Source of the DNA: an uncultured Rivularia sp. | GTDB taxonomy: Bacteria; Cyanobacteriota; Cyanobacteriia; Cyanobacteriales; Nostocaceae | DNA: 64,000 bases | Reading direction: 5' to 3' | Assembly: GCA_963665115.1 (NCBI GenBank) | Contig: OY762007.1 | Span: forward strand, 4,992,001 to 5,056,000 | In this document: positions 61,001 to 64,000 of the stretch, piece by piece | Layout: each line of letters begins with the position of its first letter | Position numbering within the stretch: the first letter of the stretch is position 1 | Notes under the pieces: model-generated | Told to the model about the DNA's origin: nothing | Seen by the model: only the letters and a program-made list of their open reading frames with translations | The model's database searches: none | Program-made: the position numbers and the translations under genes

Positions 61001-63306
61001 TTGGCATCTTGACAAGTAAATTTCCCCAAATAGTAACGAATGTTTTTATCGAGAATATTTTTGTTAATTACTCCTAAATTGTAAGAATCGTTCCTTTCTA
61101 AATAGCTCAAGCGCTCAAATTCTAATAAATAATGCAGATAATCTTCCCGCAAAGAAAGAATAACTTTTACAAACGGGATATTCAGACATTTATTAAAAAA
61201 CTTGTAAAATTCAATTCTTTGTGGCGTATCTTGTTTGACAAAGAAAAACTCTTCTAGCTGATCGAAAATTAAAATTATTGTGTAATTATTATCTGCTAAT
61301 AATCGTAGTTTTTCCAGAATCACATCAACTGTAATTTCTATCGCCAAAGATATAGAAGTACGAGCAATAACTTGATTTAAACTGCGTCCTAAAGCTTTTA
61401 TCCAGTCAGTATAGACAGATAAAACAATTGGTAAAGCCATACGTTCCCCAATCGAATTCTGTTTGAGTGCTGGAACTAAACCCGCTTTGATAATTGAGCT
61501 TTTACCTACCCCCGATGGCCCATGAACCACGGTAAGTTTACAGTCAGCACGAGTCATTTTTTCCAGAAGATGATGTACATCTTGCTGTCTTCCCGAAGCT
61601 GCTATTTCTTGAGCAACTTGATCGGGGGTTGATAAGATTTTTTGTGGTTGTAAAACAGGATTTATTCTATAGCGCTGCGGTTGTAATTGACTGGCTCCGA
61701 TAAAAGCACGAAATCCGTACTGATGCTCAATCTGAATTTTTTCTCGCTTGAGCTTAAAAGCTTCTAAATAATCGTGACGTTCGCAGAAATAAAGCGAGCG
61801 TAATTCTTCAACAATTTCTAAATACAAAGAGGGTTCGTATTGAGCTTCACAAACTACTTTTGCCCACTCCAAAGTATTAACAGCTTCATCCCATTCACCC
61901 AAATTCCTTAAGGTGCGTCCAAGCAATAGAAGATACCAACTTTCAGAGGAGCGAGATACTTCTGGAACTTCTTCTGCAATAGAAAGGGCTGTATTTGCTA
62001 ATTCATGAGCTTGTACCCAATCAGATTTAGAAGCAGCTACTACACAAAGAAATCCATAATCTTGAGCAACTAAGGTTTTGTTCCCGAATGATTGATGCAG
62101 CTCCAAAGAGTAAGTCGCTAATTGCGATAAATCATCCCACTGTTGCAAACGCTGCAATACTTCACAAGCAGGATAAATAAATTTAGCGCTTAAATCTTTT
62201 CTTTTTATCGTTTCAAATATATCCAAGCATCGCTTAAACCAATTCAAAGCATTTTGCCAGAAGCTGATATTGGCCGCAGGTTGTAAATCCGCCAAACGTC
62301 GGTAACAAAGTCCCAGGTGGAACATGACTACTGCTTGACGTATTAGGGAGGGGAGGGGGAGAGGGGAGGATGGGAAGATGGTGAATCCACCCCCGTGCGG
62401 AGGTTCCCTCCGTTGAGGGGAGTGGTGAACCCGAAGGGGGAGAGGGGGAGAGGGGGAGAGGGGGGGATGGGGGGATGAATTTTGACAGTTTCCAATCAAA
62501 GAAGATAAAGAATTACTTTTAATTTCTTCTTCCCAGAGTTCTAGACTGCGTTGATAATGTAACAACGCTTCGTTGATGTTGTCGTTTACGTAGTTATCGC
62601 GGCCGAGAACAAATTCTAGACTGGCTTCTAGTTGGGGTTCTAGTTTGATTTCGTAAATTCGCAGCAAATCGTTACGGGCTGATTCTATTTCTCGACGCTG
62701 CTGGGATTTAGGATCTAAAAGTAAAGCTTCATTTGATAAAAACTTTTGCGCCCCTGCTTCTATAACTTTGTCAAATAAAGATTGTGTTTGCTGTTGGATG
62801 AGATTAACTAAATCGGGAGCAGCCATTTCAAATTTAATTGTGGTTGCTGCCCAACTTTTAAAATCGGGTGCAAATCGTGAAAGTGACGATCCTACTTCAT
62901 CTTTGAGCCACAAAACTATCGGAAAAGAAAAAGTATCGGCGTATATATCTCGTGCTTGGTTAATACCGCTAAGTAAATCTTCTAAGTTGGTAACAGACTC
63001 CAACCCAAATACCATCACCGCCGTCGGTAAACAATCTGTTTTTACAGCAGGTATATCTAAAAATAGCTCCGAGACTATGGTGCTGTGTAAAGCCTTGGTT
63101 GAAGGAGAGAGAACTACCTCTCGCAAATTTACATCCTTGGTTTGCGAGCGGATATTGTCTAATACTTGCTTGCACAACTCCTTGTAATTGCACCGTACTA
63201 GAATTAGAGAAAATTGACCAAAGGATAGCGCGATCGCCCGAATCAGTCTTTTCAAGGAATGCTGATTGGAAATAGCGATATCCGTAAGAGTAGTATTTTC
63301 ACTCAT
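58051..63306 (-). CDS. Large STAND-type protein: degenerate N-terminal NTPase-like region, TPR-like helices, nSTAND1-like NTPase, hydrophobic helix, about 14 WD40 repeats
   Basis: Walker A HGPSGVGKSSIIKAGL, Walker B LIFDQLEEFF, ILSLREDY, YQLVHDYL; repeated GH...FSPDG..LASAS.D.TVKLW. Confidence 0.9.
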   Translation of the reverse strand: MSENTTLTDIAISNQHSLKRLIRAIALSFGQFSLILVRCNYKELCKQVLDNIRSQTKDVNLREVVLSPSTKALHSTIVSELFLDIPAVKTDCLPTAVMVFGLESVTNLEDLLSGINQARDIYADTFSFPIVLWLKDEVGSSLSRFAPDFKSWAATTIKFEMAAPDLVNLIQQQTQSLFDKVIEAGAQKFLSNEALLLDPKSQQRREIESARNDLLRIYEIKLEPQLEASLEFVLGRDNYVNDNINEALLHYQRSLELWEEEIKSNSLSSLIGNCQNSSPHPPLSPSPPLPLRVHHSPQRREPPHGGGFTIFPSSPLPLPSLIRQAVVMFHLGLCYRRLADLQPAANISFWQNALNWFKRCLDIFETIKRKDLSAKFIYPACEVLQRLQQWDDLSQLATYSLELHQSFGNKTLVAQDYGFLCVVAASKSDWVQAHELANTALSIAEEVPEVSRSSESWYLLLLGRTLRNLGEWDEAVNTLEWAKVVCEAQYEPSLYLEIVEELRSLYFCERHDYLEAFKLKREKIQIEHQYGFRAFIGASQLQPQRYRINPVLQPQKILSTPDQVAQEIAASGRQQDVHHLLEKMTRADCKLTVVHGPSGVGKSSIIKAGLVPALKQNSIGERMALPIVLSVYTDWIKALGRSLNQVIARTSISLAIEITVDVILEKLRLLADNNYTIILIFDQLEEFFFVKQDTPQRIEFYKFFNKCLNIPFVKVILSLREDYLHYLLEFERLSYLERNDSYNLGVINKNILDKNIRYYLGKFTCQDANSIIHSLTERSHYQLSDELIDKLVEDLAGETHQVHPIELQIVGAQLEAQNITTLGEYQRSGGSEKLVQHWLEKVIYDCGQENEELSWKLLFELTDEKGTRPLKTKAELVTAIFRQEDAYEQEEKNQAENFLININQNIDSAFSKALKQPSKQYEVGNDREIQEDFIHSYNVSTLELILEILVGSGLVLRVLQESGERYQLVHDYLVKPIRVRNDYGIIAELEKIRFEKTKAEVAQKLSQEKLNSILQKRLREARLAGFALAVMSATIGGLWWQADLQKKAAISQSLRAERSENNFKIGALTAASEALFASNKEFDALVESLRAWRKLKNGHGIGPDTRMRVVTALQQAVYGVTEVNRLEGHKDIVWDVNFSPDGKLLASGSRDKSVKIWRTDGSLLQTLKGHDESITSLTFSPDGSLLASASRDNTVKIWRKNPTTGEFDWQPVTTLGHSDWVDKVSFSPDGKLLVTGSKDETVRIWRSDGKLLKTLEGHQGWINWVTFSPDGQFIASASDDNTVKIWSKDGTLLTTLPGHQEGITVVNFSPDGKILASAGRNGIVKLWRREQKDGETGFTYRPYKNLEQHKGTVWSLNFDSKGEKLASAGDDNTINLIDVSSGKLLKTFKGHSDAVVSVSFSPDNKLLASASYDKSVKLWSLNPPKLPVLEGHSDRVLSVAWSPDGQILASSSRDNTVKLWKRQPKNTGFDTRLYKTLLGHSDRVASVSFHPNGKTLASAGYDKTIKLWQRDGQLIKTLQGHNDSVTSISFSPDGELLASASKDQTVKLWNQQGKLLKTLKGHQGRVNSVRFSTDSQVLASGSDDQTVKLWKRDGVLLKTFLPHSGWVLGVSFSPSYNLLASASWDNTVRLWRWDGSLLKTLLKGYGDSVSAVTFSPNGEILAAASWDSTVKLWSTEGKLIKTLSEHQAPVLDVSFSPDGQTLASASDDNTIVLWNLDLKNLLAKGCHWVGDYLQYNRNVEGSDRNLCQGIS
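62345..62477 (-). repeat. In-frame low-complexity insert containing the 57-nt structured repeat (62380-62436)
   Basis: Encodes SPHPPLSPSPPLP-LRVHHSPQRREPPHGGGFT-IFPSSPLPLPS. Confidence 0.9.
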
Positions 63307-63627
63307 AGCTGGAATATTTATATTTGACGTTGTGTCAATTCGATTTTGGATTTTAGATAAACAAGAGCTATTCAAATTCGATGTTGCTTTAATCCAAAAT
63401 TGGCAATCCGAAATACATAGAGATGGTCAAATTATTTAAAACTGACCGGAATGCACCATTTGGGGGCAATCCCAAAGAAACCTGGTTTATTCTGGTAAAA
63501 ACGATCGGCTAAACCCGGTTAATTAGAAGTTCATTCATCAGCGATTTGAAAGCTTATCCTGTTTGATTTATTCAAGAATGTAAAAAGCAACAATACACCA
63601 TTTCACATTCACCTATTTTTTTTACTG

Positions 63628-64000
63628 CTAAGAAAAAGTGGTCGGAATTTTGTATTCGGATTGCTCCCAAGCTAGAACTTTGTCAGTTTCCGATAGCGCC
63701 GGGACTAATACCGAACCAGCGTCCTTTGACATCTCGGTATTCAAAAACAAACATACTTCGCAGCAATCTTTGATATTCAGACTCACCTCTAACTGTTTGC
63801 TGATTGACTACTTCATAAAGCAATTGCCATTCTTCATCGTCAATAGCTAGAAGCAAATCGTCGCGATAATCTTTGATTACTGCTTCCAAACAAGCACGCT
63901 CGAAGGGGGGGTCTTGTCGCTGCAAACAACTGTACAGTAAGCCTAGTAAGTTACGAATATGACCGCCACTCACTCTACACAAACGGTCTAAAGTTTCCGA
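63628..64000 (-). CDS. C-terminal part of an AAA/STAND-like ATP-binding protein (5' end outside the window; +1 frameshift at 63701-63703)
   Basis: LDRLCRVSGGHIRNLL, LLRSMFVFEY...WF; removing one base gives ISPALSETDKVLAW...FS*. Confidence 0.75.

Noticed and set aside
132..63187. Numerous short ORFs antisense to or overlapping well-supported genes (e.g. 132..401, 941..1243, 6120..6467, 33720..34010, 62768..63187)
   Set aside because: Shadow ORFs of genuine coding sequences

Overview
64 kb of a cyanobacterial chromosome: HIP1 GCGATCGC octamers, photosystem genes and heptamer STRR arrays point to a filamentous Nostocales-type organism (inference). Most of the window is core genome: ndk, speA, cugP, scpA, pdxH, argB, aroK, ubiX, rnr, 6S RNA, ndhCKJ, rubA-ycf48-psbEFLJ, psaI, sigF and psbO. 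Accessory pockets are: (i) a PD-(D/E)XK-like + PIN gene pair bracketed by ~130 bp inverted repeats; (ii) a signal peptide / variable HEAT repeat / membrane segment / NACHT-like receptor gene; (iii) queD, a GIY-YIG gene and a BamHI-like restriction-modification pair beside a decayed hydrolase gene; (iv) two type II toxin-antitoxin pairs with a duplicated gene end; (v) a membrane TPR protein followed by a small protein carrying a repeated G[QE]IPPWDD[DE]E motif; (vi) STAND/WD40 genes. Small structured dispersed repeats occur throughout, including a 57-nt unit that nests inside related elements and sits in frame in a gene. Five genes are split by +1 insertions in short homopolymers, most likely assembly errors. 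I saw no CRISPR array, tRNA, rRNA, transposase or integrase. All family calls come from recognising motifs by eye; no database search was run.
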